Source of the DNA: an uncultured Spirochaetia bacterium
GTDB taxonomy: Bacteria; Desulfobacterota_D; UBA1144; Nemesobacterales; JADFKM01
Assembly (NCBI GenBank): GCA_964639895.1
Contig: CAZXEJ010000003.1
Location: 5,361 to 69,360, forward strand
Reading direction: 5' to 3'
Length of the DNA stretch: 64,000 nt
Positions within the stretch are counted from its first letter, which is position 1. Each line of letters starts with the position of its first letter. This document shows positions 27,754 to 37,979 of the stretch, in pieces. The position numbers and the translations under genes are program-made. Below the pieces are notes generated by a model, which was given only the letters and a program-made list of their open reading frames with translations, did no database searches and was not told the origin of the DNA.

Positions 27754-28587
27754 TCACCGGATAATGGGGAAACCCCCCGTAAGGACGTAGAGCACAGCGC
27801 CCAGCGAGAGGAAGGGGCCGTAGGGTATGGCTGTCGCACCGTCGCCCTTGCGTCGGGCGGCCATCAGCGCCGCACCTGCCACGGTACCGGCGAGTGAGCT
27901 TACGAGGAGGACGTATAAGATGCTCTCGGTGCCTAGGAACGCCCCTATCATCGCCAAGAGCTTCACGTCTCCCATGCCCATGCCTTCGCGCTTTCGCAAC
28001 CGGGCGTATACGACGGCAACGAGCAGCAACACCCCTCCACCCAGCAGCGTACCCAGCAGTGAGTCGAACGCGGTGACGCGCACCATCGCGGCCAGTGCGT
28101 CGAGCGGTGCATGGGGCAGGCGGGCAAGAAGGGCCAGGACGACCCTCCAATCGGTCATGAGTGCGTTGAACACAAGGCCCGCTGCGATGCCCGGGTACGT
28201 GACGGCGTTCGGTATGATGCCGTGTTCGAGGTCGATGAAGGTTACAACCACCAGTGCCGCAAACAACACCGCGTAGAGCGCCGCCCGGGGAGAGAGGCCG
28301 AACCTGTAGGCTGCGAGCAGGAACAGCAGCCCCGTGAGCAGCTCGACTGCGGCGTAGCGTGGCGAGATGGGTGTGCGGCAGTAGCGGCACCGGCCGCGGA
28401 GCAACAGGTAGCTTAGCACCGGCACGTTGTCCCACGGCCTTACGGGTGCTCCGCACGAGGGGCAGTGCGAGGGGGGGCGTATGAGCGACAGGCCGCGGGG
28501 CAGGCGGTGTATGCACACGTTGAGGAAGCTTCCCACAATGGTGCCGAGCACGAACGAGGCTGCCGGAAGAAGTAGGGTGGGAGGCAC
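27754..28587 (-). CDS. pilD: Type IV prepilin peptidase (A24 family leader peptidase/N-methyltransferase)
   Basis: N-terminal Zn tetracysteine CPSCGAPV...CRYCRTPI, catalytic Asp motifs FIDLEH and GMGDVKL; 8 TM. Confidence 0.9.
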   Translation of the reverse strand: MPPTLLLPAASFVLGTIVGSFLNVCIHRLPRGLSLIRPPSHCPSCGAPVRPWDNVPVLSYLLLRGRCRYCRTPISPRYAAVELLTGLLFLLAAYRFGLSPRAALYAVLFAALVVVTFIDLEHGIIPNAVTYPGIAAGLVFNALMTDWRVVLALLARLPHAPLDALAAMVRVTAFDSLLGTLLGGGVLLLVAVVYARLRKREGMGMGDVKLLAMIGAFLGTESILYVLLVSSLAGTVAGAALMAARRKGDGATAIPYGPFLSLGAVLYVLTGGFPIIR

Positions 28588-28589
28588 TG

Positions 28590-30752
28590 TCAGTTGTTCC
28601 CCGTGCGTACGGCGTGCTCGTGGCGGGGGTGGGGGAGGGTGGAGGCGCCCAGCCTGCTGCGCATCTCGCTCAGCGCCTGGCGGAAGTGGGCTTCCGTTAT
28701 TGTCAGGCGCCTGCGCGAACGCTTTATGTGCTCGCGTATGGCGATGACGGATGCGCGCTGGCAGAGCAGGTTGACCTCGGCTCCCGAGAACCCGGTCAGT
28801 GAGCGAGCGATCTCGCGCAGCTTGACGTTGCGGGCGAGCGGCTTGTTGCGGGTGTGTATCTTCAATATCTCGTAGAGCTCCTCCTCGTTGGGAAGCGGTA
28901 TGTGGAGCAGCAGGTCGAAGCGGCCGGCGCGCAGTATGGCGGAGTCGACCATCTCGAGTCGGTTGGTGGCGGCGAGTATCATGACGCCGTTGAGTTCCTC
29001 GATACCGTCGATCTCGGTGAGCACTTGGCTTATGACCCGCGACGAGACGTTGTCGTGGTCCACCCTGTCGCGCGAAGGTGTCAAGGCGTCAAGCTCGTCG
29101 AAGAACAGTATGGACGGGGCCACCTGCTTGGCCTTACGGAACACCTCGCGCACGTGCTGCTCGGATTCCCCTACGTACTTTGAGAACAGCTCGCCGCCCT
29201 TTATGGATATGAAGTTGACGCCGCTCTCGTGCGCGAGAGCCTTGGCAAGGAGCGTCTTGCCCGTGCCGGGCGCACCGTAGAGCAGCACCCCCTTGGGCGC
29301 CTTCGTGTCAGTCTCCTCGTAGAGGTGGCGGTACTTGAACGGCCACACGACCGATTCGATGAGGAGCTCCTTTATCTCCTTGAGGCCGCCCACGTCGTCC
29401 CACGTCACCTTGGGTATCTCGACGAAGATCTCCCTGATGGCCGAGGGCTCGACCTCGCGCAGGGCGGCCATAAAGTGCTTCATCTTTATCGTCAGCGTAT
29501 CGAGCTTCTCATAGGGGAAGGGTCCGGACGTGTGCTCTATCTCGGGGAAGGCCTCGCGCAGCGTCTTCATGGCCGTCTCGCGGCAGAGGTTCTCGAGGTC
29601 GGCGCCCACGAATCCGTGTGTCAGATCGGCTATCCGTTCGAGGTCGACGTCTTCGTCGAGCGGCATCGAGCGCGTATGGATCTTGAGGATCTCGAGCCTG
29701 CCGTTGCGGTCGGGTACGTCAAGCACTATCTCGCGGTCGAACCTGCCGGGGCGCCGCAGCGCGAGGTCGAGCTGCTTGGGCAGGTTGGTGGACCCTATGA
29801 CGATCACCTTGCCCCTGTCCTTGAGGCCGTCCATGAGCGCCAGGAGCTGCGCCACCACGCGTTTTTCGACCTCGCCCGTCACCTTGCCACGCTTGGGGGC
29901 TATGGCGTCGAGCTCGTCGAGGAATATGATGGACGGCTGGTTGCGCGTGGCCTCTTCGAATATGGCCCTCAGCTTTGCCTCGCTCTCGCCGTAGTACTTG
30001 TGTATGATCTCGGGACCGTTCACCACCTGGAAGTTGGCCTGCGTCTCGTTGGCCACGGCCCTGGCAAGCAGCGTCTTACCGCTTCCGGGAGGACCCACGA
30101 GCAGTATGCCGCGGGGCGGGTCGACGCCCAGCCGCTCGAATATCTGCGGGTACTTGAGCGGTATCTCGACCATCTCGCGTACCTTGCGTATCTGTTCCCT
30201 CAGGCCCCCTATCTCGTCGTAGCTCACGCGCGACGTGGGTACCCGCTCGTGCGGCTTGTTCCTTATCTCGATGCGTGTCGTGGACCTTATGACCACCGTG
30301 TCGGCCGGCACGGTACCCAGCACCTGCACCACCTCGCGCCTCTTCTCTGAGACGGGGATGGACAGCCTGTCGCCCACCGTCACCGGGAGCCCCTGTATGT
30401 GGCGCATCAGGAACTGTAGGTCCTCGGTGCAGTAGAGAGGGTCCGTCCCCACGGGGGCGAGCACCACCTTTATGGCGGTCGTCGACCCTATTTTCTTGAC
30501 CGGGACCCGCTCGGACTCCGAGACGCGGGCGTTCTCCATCGTGAGGGGGTCGAGCTCGATTACCGAGCGGCGCCCGTCTGCGTGATCGAGCGGCAGGGCG
30601 CGCGCGGCCGTCTTGCGCTTGCCCCAGATGGCCACTATGTCCCAGCTGCTGAGCCCCAGCTCCCTCATGTCCTTCGGATGGATGAGGGCGATCCCTTTGC
30701 CTTTGTCTTGGTTGGTGAGGGGGTGGATCTTGAGAAAGAGGGTCTCGGCCAT
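28590..30752 (-). CDS. Cdc48/VCP/VAT-like double-ring AAA+ ATPase (N domain + D1 + D2), 720 aa
   Basis: N-terminal double-psi barrel-like region (MAETLFLKIHPLTNQDKGKGIALIHPKDMRELGL...), D1 Walker A GPPGSGKT, D2 Walker A GAPGTGKT, two SRH regions; stops 2 nt before pilD start. Confidence 0.9.
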   Translation of the reverse strand: MAETLFLKIHPLTNQDKGKGIALIHPKDMRELGLSSWDIVAIWGKRKTAARALPLDHADGRRSVIELDPLTMENARVSESERVPVKKIGSTTAIKVVLAPVGTDPLYCTEDLQFLMRHIQGLPVTVGDRLSIPVSEKRREVVQVLGTVPADTVVIRSTTRIEIRNKPHERVPTSRVSYDEIGGLREQIRKVREMVEIPLKYPQIFERLGVDPPRGILLVGPPGSGKTLLARAVANETQANFQVVNGPEIIHKYYGESEAKLRAIFEEATRNQPSIIFLDELDAIAPKRGKVTGEVEKRVVAQLLALMDGLKDRGKVIVIGSTNLPKQLDLALRRPGRFDREIVLDVPDRNGRLEILKIHTRSMPLDEDVDLERIADLTHGFVGADLENLCRETAMKTLREAFPEIEHTSGPFPYEKLDTLTIKMKHFMAALREVEPSAIREIFVEIPKVTWDDVGGLKEIKELLIESVVWPFKYRHLYEETDTKAPKGVLLYGAPGTGKTLLAKALAHESGVNFISIKGGELFSKYVGESEQHVREVFRKAKQVAPSILFFDELDALTPSRDRVDHDNVSSRVISQVLTEIDGIEELNGVMILAATNRLEMVDSAILRAGRFDLLLHIPLPNEEELYEILKIHTRNKPLARNVKLREIARSLTGFSGAEVNLLCQRASVIAIREHIKRSRRRLTITEAHFRQALSEMRSRLGASTLPHPRHEHAVRTGNN

Positions 30753-30761
30753 CTCACTTAG

Positions 30762-30790
30762 ATTTTACCGCTGCCCCCCGGGGGGGTCAA
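30762..30790 (-). promoter_or_regulatory. Sigma-70-like promoter candidate for the cdc48-like gene (TTGACC-N17-TAAAAT) with embedded C6G7 palindrome
   Basis: Minus-strand reading ttgacc ccccgggggcagcggta taaaat, 9 nt before ATG; CCCCCCGGGGGGG palindrome within spacer. Confidence 0.3.
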
Positions 30791-31239
30791 GGATAGCAGG
30801 CGCGGGGGAGGGGGTGGAAAAAGAGAAGGAAGGGGGCACTCTCGGACACGAATTATCCTTTGTAGGCAGGCTGTTACAAGCGACCATGCCCGCTTGCCGC
30901 TACCGCCTCCACGTGCCCCGCCCGCTGGAGTCGGAGGGGGAGGGCGCGGCTGGCCCCAGCGTGCTGGTTCCGCCGGCGGGGGGAGGGGACCGTCCCGCTA
31001 TGTTTTGGTCGCGTGCCGTGGGGGGGGCGGTGTGGGGAGGTCGGATCGCACGTTGCACGCCGCCTCCCTCCGAGTACCGTGGGCGGTTCGACCACGGCGG
31101 GCTGGAGGGAACGCACCCTCGGCGCGCTACGTCCGGGCGGCTCGACCGGAAGGAGGGGGGGTCACGTGCGCGGCGGCCGCGCCTCGGTCGGGCCCTCTTC
31201 CGCGCCCCTTCGGCCCGGCGGCGGGGCGCGTCTCGGGGG

Positions 31240-32418
31240 TCAAGTCCTGTATTCGGCGTTGAGTCTTACGTATTCCTCCGATATGTCGCTTGCAAGCACC
31301 CACCACTCCCCGCTTCCGACACCCAGATCGAGAGTCACCGTGAACTCCGGCTTCTTGAACACGGGGACCAGCTTGTCCTCGTCCGCGACGGGCACGCCCC
31401 CCTTGAGCACGAGGTGCTGGTCGAAGTAGAGATCCAGCCGCGCGGGGTCGAACCTCACCCCGGCCCTTCCGGCCGCGGCCGCAAACCGCCCCCAGTTGGG
31501 GTCCTCGCCGTAGAGGGCGGTCTTTACCAGCAGCGACGTGCCCAGTGTTCTGGCCACCCGCTCGGCGGCCCTTCTGGTGGGGGCGCCCCTGACGACGATG
31601 CGCACCACCTTCGTCGCCCCCTCGCCGTCGCGCACTATCATGCGGGCCGCCTCGTGGTTGAGTTCGGTGAGAAGCTCGGTGAGCGCTTCGAGCTCGGCCG
31701 AGCCTTCGTCGATGGGCCGGTTGCCCGCCGCACCTCCGGCCAGGGCCAGCACGGTGTCGTTGGTCGAGGTGTCGCCGTCGACGATTATCCGGTTGTAGGT
31801 CTCGTCCACGGCCCGGCGCAACGCCCACGACAGGGCGGCCGGGGTGACGTCGAACTCCGTAAGCACGAAGGCGAGCATCGTGGCCATGTGCGGCGCTATC
31901 ATGCCGGCCCCCTTGGCTACGACGCAGACCCGTCCCCTGACGCCGCCTATACGGGCGTCCCTTACGACGTGTTTGGGAAAAGTGTCCGTGGTCATTATGG
32001 CCTCGGCGAATTCGTGCAGCCCCCCCTCGTCAAGCGCCGCAACGAGCCGCGGTACGGCCGCCCTCATCCTGTCGACGGGAAGGCGCACCCCTATGACGCC
32101 GGTCGAAGCTGGCACGACGAGCGACTCGGGCACGGAGAGCTCCCGGGCGACGGCGCTCGTCACCCGCCGGGCGTCCTCCATGCCGTCCCTGCCCGTGCAG
32201 GCGTTGGCGTTGCCGCTGTTTACGATCACGGCTCTGCACAGCCCCCGGCGCAGGCGCCTTCGGCCCACGACGACGGGGGCGGCCTTGACGACGTTGCGAG
32301 TAAAGACGGCGGCCGCGGCGGCGGGGCGGTCGGCCACGATGAGCCCCATGTCGAGCTTGCCGCTTTCCTTTATGCCTGCGTGGACGGCCGAAGCCTTGAA
32401 TCCTCGTACTCTCAGCAT
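31240..32418 (-). CDS. argJ: Bifunctional glutamate N-acetyltransferase / amino-acid acetyltransferase
   Basis: Start MLRVRGFKASAVHAGIKESGKLDMGLIV...; ATML autoprocessing motif (..PHMATMLAFV..); ORF-track 31240-33162 is an upstream extension. Confidence 0.9.
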   Translation of the reverse strand: MLRVRGFKASAVHAGIKESGKLDMGLIVADRPAAAAAVFTRNVVKAAPVVVGRRRLRRGLCRAVIVNSGNANACTGRDGMEDARRVTSAVARELSVPESLVVPASTGVIGVRLPVDRMRAAVPRLVAALDEGGLHEFAEAIMTTDTFPKHVVRDARIGGVRGRVCVVAKGAGMIAPHMATMLAFVLTEFDVTPAALSWALRRAVDETYNRIIVDGDTSTNDTVLALAGGAAGNRPIDEGSAELEALTELLTELNHEAARMIVRDGEGATKVVRIVVRGAPTRRAAERVARTLGTSLLVKTALYGEDPNWGRFAAAAGRAGVRFDPARLDLYFDQHLVLKGGVPVADEDKLVPVFKKPEFTVTLDLGVGSGEWWVLASDISEEYVRLNAEYRT

Positions 32419-32987
32419 CTCTCGAGCTCCCCTAACAGTTTGAGCGAGTTGTAGGTTGCGCCCGTGCACCGCTCGGCGAAGCGTGCGAGCGCGGCGACGG
32501 CGCGCGCGGCGTCTTCGCCGATCAGGCGTTCGGCGTCGAAGGGCGGCGCCCAGCCTGCGCGCTCGAGTGCCCCGAGCAGGAAGCGGGCCGCCGCCGCGGC
32601 GGGCTCCTCTCCCCGGTCGAGCGCACCGAGTGTGGCGACGGCGTGATCGAACGTCTCCCTCTCGGGCGCCTCCTCGGCCACGAGCACGTCGAGCGTCTCG
32701 AGCACGAACGAGCCCCATGCGAAGAGGGCGAGGTCTCCCATCACCCTCTTGAACACCGTGCGCGTGTCGCAATCGACGAGCATCTTCAGTTCCCGCCCCG
32801 AGTCCCGGATCTGGACGGCTAGCAGCACGAAGTGCTCGAGCCTGCCTCCGAACCGCCGCACGCTCCGCTGCGCCCCCTTGGCCACGGCCCGCACCTTGCC
32901 GGCATCTCTCGTCGCAAGCACTACGACGAGGTCGGTCTTGGGGCCGCGGTACTTCCTTATGACGAGGGCTTCCGTCTCGATCAACAT
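32412..32987 (-). CDS. recO: DNA repair protein RecO (short form, 191 aa)
   Basis: MLIETEALVIRKYRGPKTDLVVVLATRDAGKVRAVAKGAQRS OB-fold N-terminus typical of RecO; overlaps argJ start by 7 nt. Confidence 0.75.
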   Translation of the reverse strand: MLIETEALVIRKYRGPKTDLVVVLATRDAGKVRAVAKGAQRSVRRFGGRLEHFVLLAVQIRDSGRELKMLVDCDTRTVFKRVMGDLALFAWGSFVLETLDVLVAEEAPERETFDHAVATLGALDRGEEPAAAAARFLLGALERAGWAPPFDAERLIGEDAARAVAALARFAERCTGATYNSLKLLGELERC

Positions 32988-32993
32988 CGCCTC

Positions 32994-34355
32994 TCACCCC
33001 CCGCGCAGCAACACCATCGCTATGAGGAAGTAGACCACCGAGCCGAAGAGGTCGTTCGACATCGATATGAATGGACTTGAGGCCACGGCGGGATCGAACC
33101 GCAGCTTGTAGAGGGTGAGGGGTACGAACACCCCCATCAGGGTAGTCGCTACGGGGGCGCATATCATGGCCACGAATATGGCGAGCGCGATCTTCGTTGC
33201 CGCAGGATCGGCGTGTGTTATGAGAAGCGCTATTGCGGCCGCTATGATGCCTGCTATGGAGCCGAGCAGGAGAGCGAGCTTGAGCTCTTCGACCACAACC
33301 TTGAACGTTTGTTCGAGTCCTATGGTGCCCATGCCCAGACCGCGCACGATTATGGACGATACCTGGACGCCTACGTTCCCGCCCGTGGCCATGATGGCGG
33401 GCATGAATGCCGCAAGCAGTGCCGCCTGCTGGAGCGTGGTCTCGAAGAAACGGGCGATTATCAATGCTATCACAAGTTCACCGAGAAGCGTCAGTATTAT
33501 CCACGGCGTCCGTGCCTTGAGCCTCTCGAATGTGGGGGTGAACAGGGGGTGTATGTACTCGCCGATACCGGCCATCTGGTACATGTCCTCCGAGGCCTCT
33601 TCCGTTATGACGTCCATCACGTCATCCGACGTTATCCGGCCCAGGAGCACCCCCTTCTCGTCTACCACGGGAAGCACCACTATGTCATGCCTCTTCACTA
33701 TGTCGGCCACCTTCTCCTGGTCCACGTCCGGCGTTACAGTGATCTCCACCGGCTCCATTATCTCCGAAATCTTCGTCGACGGGTTGGCCAGTATGAGTTT
33801 GGTCAGCGGCACCTGCCCTAGCAGGCGGTCGTCGCTGTCGGTCACGTATATCTCGTAGAACTCGTCGATTTCGTCCGCAATGAGCCGTATCCACTCGATC
33901 GTGTCACGCACCGTCATGTCGGGCGTGACCTGGACGAGCTCGGTCTGCATTATACCGCCGGCCGTGTCCTCGGGATACTGGAGGAGGCTCTTGACCTCGA
34001 TCAGTTCCTCGGGGCTCATCCGGGCCATCACCTCGGATCTCACCCGCTCGGGCAGCTCCGAGACGATGTCGGCGGCGTCGTCGGAGTCGAGCTCGCTGAT
34101 CAGCCGGACGGCGGTATCGGGGTCGAGCTCTTCGAGCACCTCATGGCGGAGCTCGGGATCCATATCGAGCAGCACCTCGGCGGCCGTCGAAGGGCTGAGG
34201 CTTCGGAGTACCGTTACGGCCTCATCCCTGTCGAGCGAGGCGAGCAGGTCGGCGACCTCGTGCGAATGCATTTCGGCCAAGGCCTCGCCCACGGCGGCCA
34301 GGTTGCCCTCTTCAATCAGTCTCTCGAGCTTCGCCGCGGCCTGTTGCCTGTCCAT
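32994..34355 (-). CDS. mgtE: Magnesium transporter MgtE (N domain + CBS pair + TM domain)
   Basis: ..EVADLLASLDRDEAVTVLRSL.. MgtE_N, CBS pair, C-terminal 5-TM domain with ..GGNVGVQVSSIIVRGL.. Confidence 0.9.
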   Translation of the reverse strand: MDRQQAAAKLERLIEEGNLAAVGEALAEMHSHEVADLLASLDRDEAVTVLRSLSPSTAAEVLLDMDPELRHEVLEELDPDTAVRLISELDSDDAADIVSELPERVRSEVMARMSPEELIEVKSLLQYPEDTAGGIMQTELVQVTPDMTVRDTIEWIRLIADEIDEFYEIYVTDSDDRLLGQVPLTKLILANPSTKISEIMEPVEITVTPDVDQEKVADIVKRHDIVVLPVVDEKGVLLGRITSDDVMDVITEEASEDMYQMAGIGEYIHPLFTPTFERLKARTPWIILTLLGELVIALIIARFFETTLQQAALLAAFMPAIMATGGNVGVQVSSIIVRGLGMGTIGLEQTFKVVVEELKLALLLGSIAGIIAAAIALLITHADPAATKIALAIFVAMICAPVATTLMGVFVPLTLYKLRFDPAVASSPFISMSNDLFGSVVYFLIAMVLLRGG

Positions 34356-34469
34356 GGAATCGTCCGGGGGGCTGCACCCTAACCGTTCCCGGAGGGGGCG
34401 GAAGGGTCCCGTGGGGGTAATCTGGTTATTGTAATTGACGGGCTGTAAAAGTAAAGGTGCGGGGGGATG

Positions 34470-35510
34470 CTACTCGGCCGTATGGGCCAGTCCGCCCGCT
34501 GTGTCTGCGGCTGTCTCGTCGAGCGCGAGGACCGTCCGCGCCAGAAGCTCGTCGATCCCTTCACCCGTGGCGGCCGAGACTGCGAGCAGCTCGACGCCCC
34601 TCTCGGCGAAGTCGTGCCTTATCTCTTCGTACATCTCCCTGGCCTCCGGAAGGTCGACCTTGTTGGCCGCCACGACCTGCGGTCTCGAGGCCAGTCCAGG
34701 CATGTATGCATCCAGTTCGGCGTTGATCTTCGTGTAGTCGTCCCGTGGGTCCCGCCCCGTGTAGGGGGAGAGGTCGAGCAGGTGTATGAGCACCCGTGTG
34801 CGCTCGATGTGGCGGAGGAACGTCGTACCCATACCCACCCCCCGGTGGGCCCCCTCGACCAGCCCCGGGATGTCGGCGGCTACGAACCGGTGTCCTTTCC
34901 AGTCGACGACTCCGAGGCTGGGCGCCTTGGTCGTGAACGGGTAGTCGGCCACCTTGGGACGGGCGGCCGATATGCGGCGGATGAGCGTCGATTTGCCTGC
35001 GTTGGGACAGCCGATGATGCCTACGTCGGCAAGCAGCTTGAGCACCAGCCGGAGCGTCCTCTCCTCGCCGGGCTCGCCGGGCTGTGCGTAGCGTGGTGCC
35101 TGGTTGGTGGAGGTGGCAAAGTGGGCGTTGCCCTTGCCCCCGCGGCCGCCGCGGGCCGCGACGAAGCGCTGTCCATCGCGCGCAAGATCACACAATACTT
35201 CGCCCGTCTCGGCGTCAGTGACCACCGTGCCAACAGGCACAGGCACGACCAACGGCTCGGCCGAGGCGCCGTGCATGTTCTTGCCCTTTCCGTGTCCGCC
35301 CCGGCGCGCCCTATAGTGACGCTTATAGCGGAAATCGAGGAGCGAGGTGATGTTGGATGCCGCGACCAGCACGACGTCACCACCCCGACCGCCGTCGCCG
35401 CCGTCGGGGCCCCCGCGGGGGACGTACTTCTCCCTGCGGAAGCTCACGCATCCGTTGCCTCCGGCGCCGGAACGTACGTGTATAACGGCTTCGTCTATGA
35501 ATCTCGCCAT
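34470..35510 (-). CDS. obg: GTPase Obg/CgtA
   Basis: MARFIDEAVIHVRSGAGGNGCVSFRREKYVPRGGPDGGDGGRGGDVV Obg fold, then G1 GCPNAGKST, G3 DIPGL, G4 NKVD. Confidence 0.9.
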   Translation of the reverse strand: MARFIDEAVIHVRSGAGGNGCVSFRREKYVPRGGPDGGDGGRGGDVVLVAASNITSLLDFRYKRHYRARRGGHGKGKNMHGASAEPLVVPVPVGTVVTDAETGEVLCDLARDGQRFVAARGGRGGKGNAHFATSTNQAPRYAQPGEPGEERTLRLVLKLLADVGIIGCPNAGKSTLIRRISAARPKVADYPFTTKAPSLGVVDWKGHRFVAADIPGLVEGAHRGVGMGTTFLRHIERTRVLIHLLDLSPYTGRDPRDDYTKINAELDAYMPGLASRPQVVAANKVDLPEAREMYEEIRHDFAERGVELLAVSAATGEGIDELLARTVLALDETAADTAGGLAHTAE

Positions 35511-36177
35511 CGGTTCTCAAGGGCGCACCCGCAGCGAAGGCGCCTCCCCGCGCATGTGGTATGGGGGTGCCGTCCCCAGACTGTGGACCCGGTGCCCTAG
35601 TTGCTCCTGACTGGGAGGGGGAACGGGCGGATACGCTGTACAAATATTTATTATACCTGCGCGTCCGTAATCGTCCCCTGCCTCTGGGGGGCGAGCCGAG
35701 TGGCGCCTCCCCCCTCGGAGAAGGGGTCGGCCCCTTCCGCTGGAGCGCCGAGGGGCGGGACGATCGCACCTGGAGAAGGTGCAAAGCGTCTCAAGCTCCC
35801 AGGCGCACCTCGTGCGTTCGGCCCGTATAGGTGTAGAGGGTCTCCGTGCGCGCGGCGCCTCCATTCACGCGCCGCCCCTCCACACCTCCGCCTCCTCCAT
35901 GTTCCGGCCCCCTCGAGTAGGTGTCACCTCCGCAGAGTAGCCACCTCGGCCGATAGCCCTTCCGACATTCACCGGTTGGCTGTGACGGTGCCGGATACTC
36001 TCTAAAATAAGAGCACACGCAATCATCCCAACGACCCATTCATATCTATTTCCCCTCCACAAGCGTCCGCCTTCCCAGGGGACGAGGACGCTCCCTTCGT
36101 CCTCCTTCGTCGCCGCCCCGGCAGCTTAGCGGTCCCGCCATCGGTGGATCCCCTCACCCCGCGCCCGAGGCGATGGA

Positions 36178-36206
36178 TTGAATTCACCCCCCGATTGGTA
36201 TATAAA
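36178..36206 (+). promoter_or_regulatory. Sigma-70-like promoter candidate for ald (TTGAAT-N17-TATAAA)
   Basis: ttgaat tcaccccccgattggta tataaat approximately 40 nt upstream of ATG 36246; AT-rich patch in GC-rich context. Confidence 0.4.
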
Positions 36207-36245
36207 TATCACCGCGCCCCTATAAGGGTGGGGGTGGATGATGCA

Positions 36246-37292
36246 ATGGTAGTAGGTATACCGCGGGAGAGGAAGATCAGGGAGTACAGGGTGGTGCTCA
36301 ACCCCCAAGCCGTGCGTGTACTGGTCGCAGACGGCCACCGCGTCCTTGTTGAGAGGTCGGCCGGCGCGGGGAGCGGCATCGAGGATGACGACTACGTCGC
36401 AGCCGGCGCCGAGTTGGTGGAGACGGAGGAGGAGCTGTTCGAGAGGGCCGAGCTCATCGTCAAGGTAAAGGAGCTTCAGCCCGAGGAGTGGCCCCTGTTG
36501 AAGCCCCATCACGTGCTGTTCTCCTACATCCATCTGGCCTCGGACGAGAGGCTCCAGGAGGCCTTGGCCGCAAGCGGTGCCACAGTCGTCGCCTTCGAGA
36601 CCGTCGAGCTCGACGACGGCTCGCTGCCGTTGCTGGTGCCGATGAGCAGTATAGCGGGCAAGCTCTCCATCCAGGAGGGTTCCCACTTCCTGGAGCGTCC
36701 CTACGGGGGCAAGGGCGTCATCCTGTCCGGAGCCCCCGGGGTGAGACCGGCCAAGGTGACCGTGATCGGAGGCGGAACCGTGGGCAGGAACGCCGTAATC
36801 ACGGCTTTGGGGATGAGGGCCGACGTCACCGTGATAGACAAGAACCTCGAGAAACTCAAGTATTTCTACGACCGCTTCTCGGCCCAAGTCACGACGCGGC
36901 CGTCCTATCCGGAGATAGTGGCCGAGGAGGTGGCCTCTTCGGATCTCGTCGTAGGGGCGGTGCTCGTCACAGGGGCGCGGGCGCCGAAGGTGGTTACGGC
37001 CGAGATGATAGAGGCGATGGAGGAGGGGAGCGTCTTCGTAGACATCGCCATCGACCAGGGAGGATGCTCGGAGACGAGCAGGCCCACGACGCTCGACGAT
37101 CCCGTCTACGTGGAGCGGGGCGTCATACACTACTGCGTGACCAACGTCCCCTCGCTCGTGAGCCGCACTTCTACGTTCGCTCTCTCGGCCGCCGTGCTTC
37201 CTTATCTACGTGAGCTTGCGGCGGGGCGACTCAGGCAAAGCCCCCCGCTCAAGCGGGGTATAAACGTCGAAGGCGGGAGGGTGCTGATATAG
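36246..37292 (+). CDS. ald: Alanine dehydrogenase
   Basis: [23 protein letters not shown]...; NAD Rossmann [13 protein letters not shown]; AlaDH/PNT family length 348 aa. Confidence 0.85.
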   Translation: MVVGIPRERKIREYRVVLNPQAVRVLVADGHRVLVERSAGAGSGIEDDDYVAAGAELVETEEELFERAELIVKVKELQPEEWPLLKPHHVLFSYIHLASDERLQEALAASGATVVAFETVELDDGSLPLLVPMSSIAGKLSIQEGSHFLERPYGGKGVILSGAPGVRPAKVTVIGGGTVGRNAVITALGMRADVTVIDKNLEKLKYFYDRFSAQVTTRPSYPEIVAEEVASSDLVVGAVLVTGARAPKVVTAEMIEAMEEGSVFVDIAIDQGGCSETSRPTTLDDPVYVERGVIHYCVTNVPSLVSRTSTFALSAAVLPYLRELAAGRLRQSPPLKRGINVEGGRVLI

Positions 37293-37385
37293 TGGGAGTG
37301 GTAACGCGCCGGCCGCAGCCTCAACGGAGTGTGCTCCGCGGCGGCGGTGAGGCACCACGCCCTCTCGGCCCACGTCGGGTGAACC

Positions 37386-37943
37386 GTGATGGCAAAGCGT
37401 TTCTTCGCCGTAACGGCCGTCGGAAGCGACAGGCCGGGCATCGTAGCCCGCCTGAGCGGCGTGCTCTATGAGGCGGGGGCCAACATCGAGGACTCCAGCA
37501 TGACCATCCTCGTTGGCCAGTTCGCGATGATACTGATCGTCTCCGTACCCGACGGTATCGATGCCCCCCAACTCCGGGAGGCGTTCGCTCCTGTAGCCGA
37601 CGAGCTGGGACTTTTCATCACCGTGGAGGAGCTCGCGCCTCAGGCCCTCGAGGGCGGCGGCCGTGGGGTCGGCCGGGCCGACTACATAATCTCCGTCATT
37701 GCGCCCGACAGGCCCGGTATCGTCTACCGCATCTCCTCGCTCCTTGCCGGCAGAGGAGTGAACATAACCGACATGAACACCAAGGTCGTCTCGGGCGAGG
37801 AGCGGCCGGTCTATACGATGGTGCTCGAGGTGGGCGTTCCCGAAGGTGTGGACCCGGATGAGCTGGCCGCCGAGCTGGCGGCGCTCGGCCGGGAGCTTTC
37901 GATCGACGTGTCGATGCGTCAGTTGGACGTCGTGGAGCTGTAA
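37386..37943 (+). CDS. Tandem ACT-domain protein (GcvR-like regulatory protein)
   Basis: Two ACT repeats: ..AVGSDRPGIVARLSGVLYEAGANIEDSSMTILVGQFAMIL.. and ..VIAPDRPGIVYRISSLLAGRGVNITDMNTKVV.. Confidence 0.7.
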   Translation: MMAKRFFAVTAVGSDRPGIVARLSGVLYEAGANIEDSSMTILVGQFAMILIVSVPDGIDAPQLREAFAPVADELGLFITVEELAPQALEGGGRGVGRADYIISVIAPDRPGIVYRISSLLAGRGVNITDMNTKVVSGEERPVYTMVLEVGVPEGVDPDELAAELAALGRELSIDVSMRQLDVVEL

Positions 37944-37979
37944 CGGGGGAGGTTGCGTACGCTCGTCGTAATTCTTCTG

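Noticed and set aside
31240-33162. 640-aa ORF containing argJ
   Set aside because: ArgJ begins at internal MLRVRGF (32418). The upstream 245 codons are Arg/Gly-rich and overlap recO in another frame.
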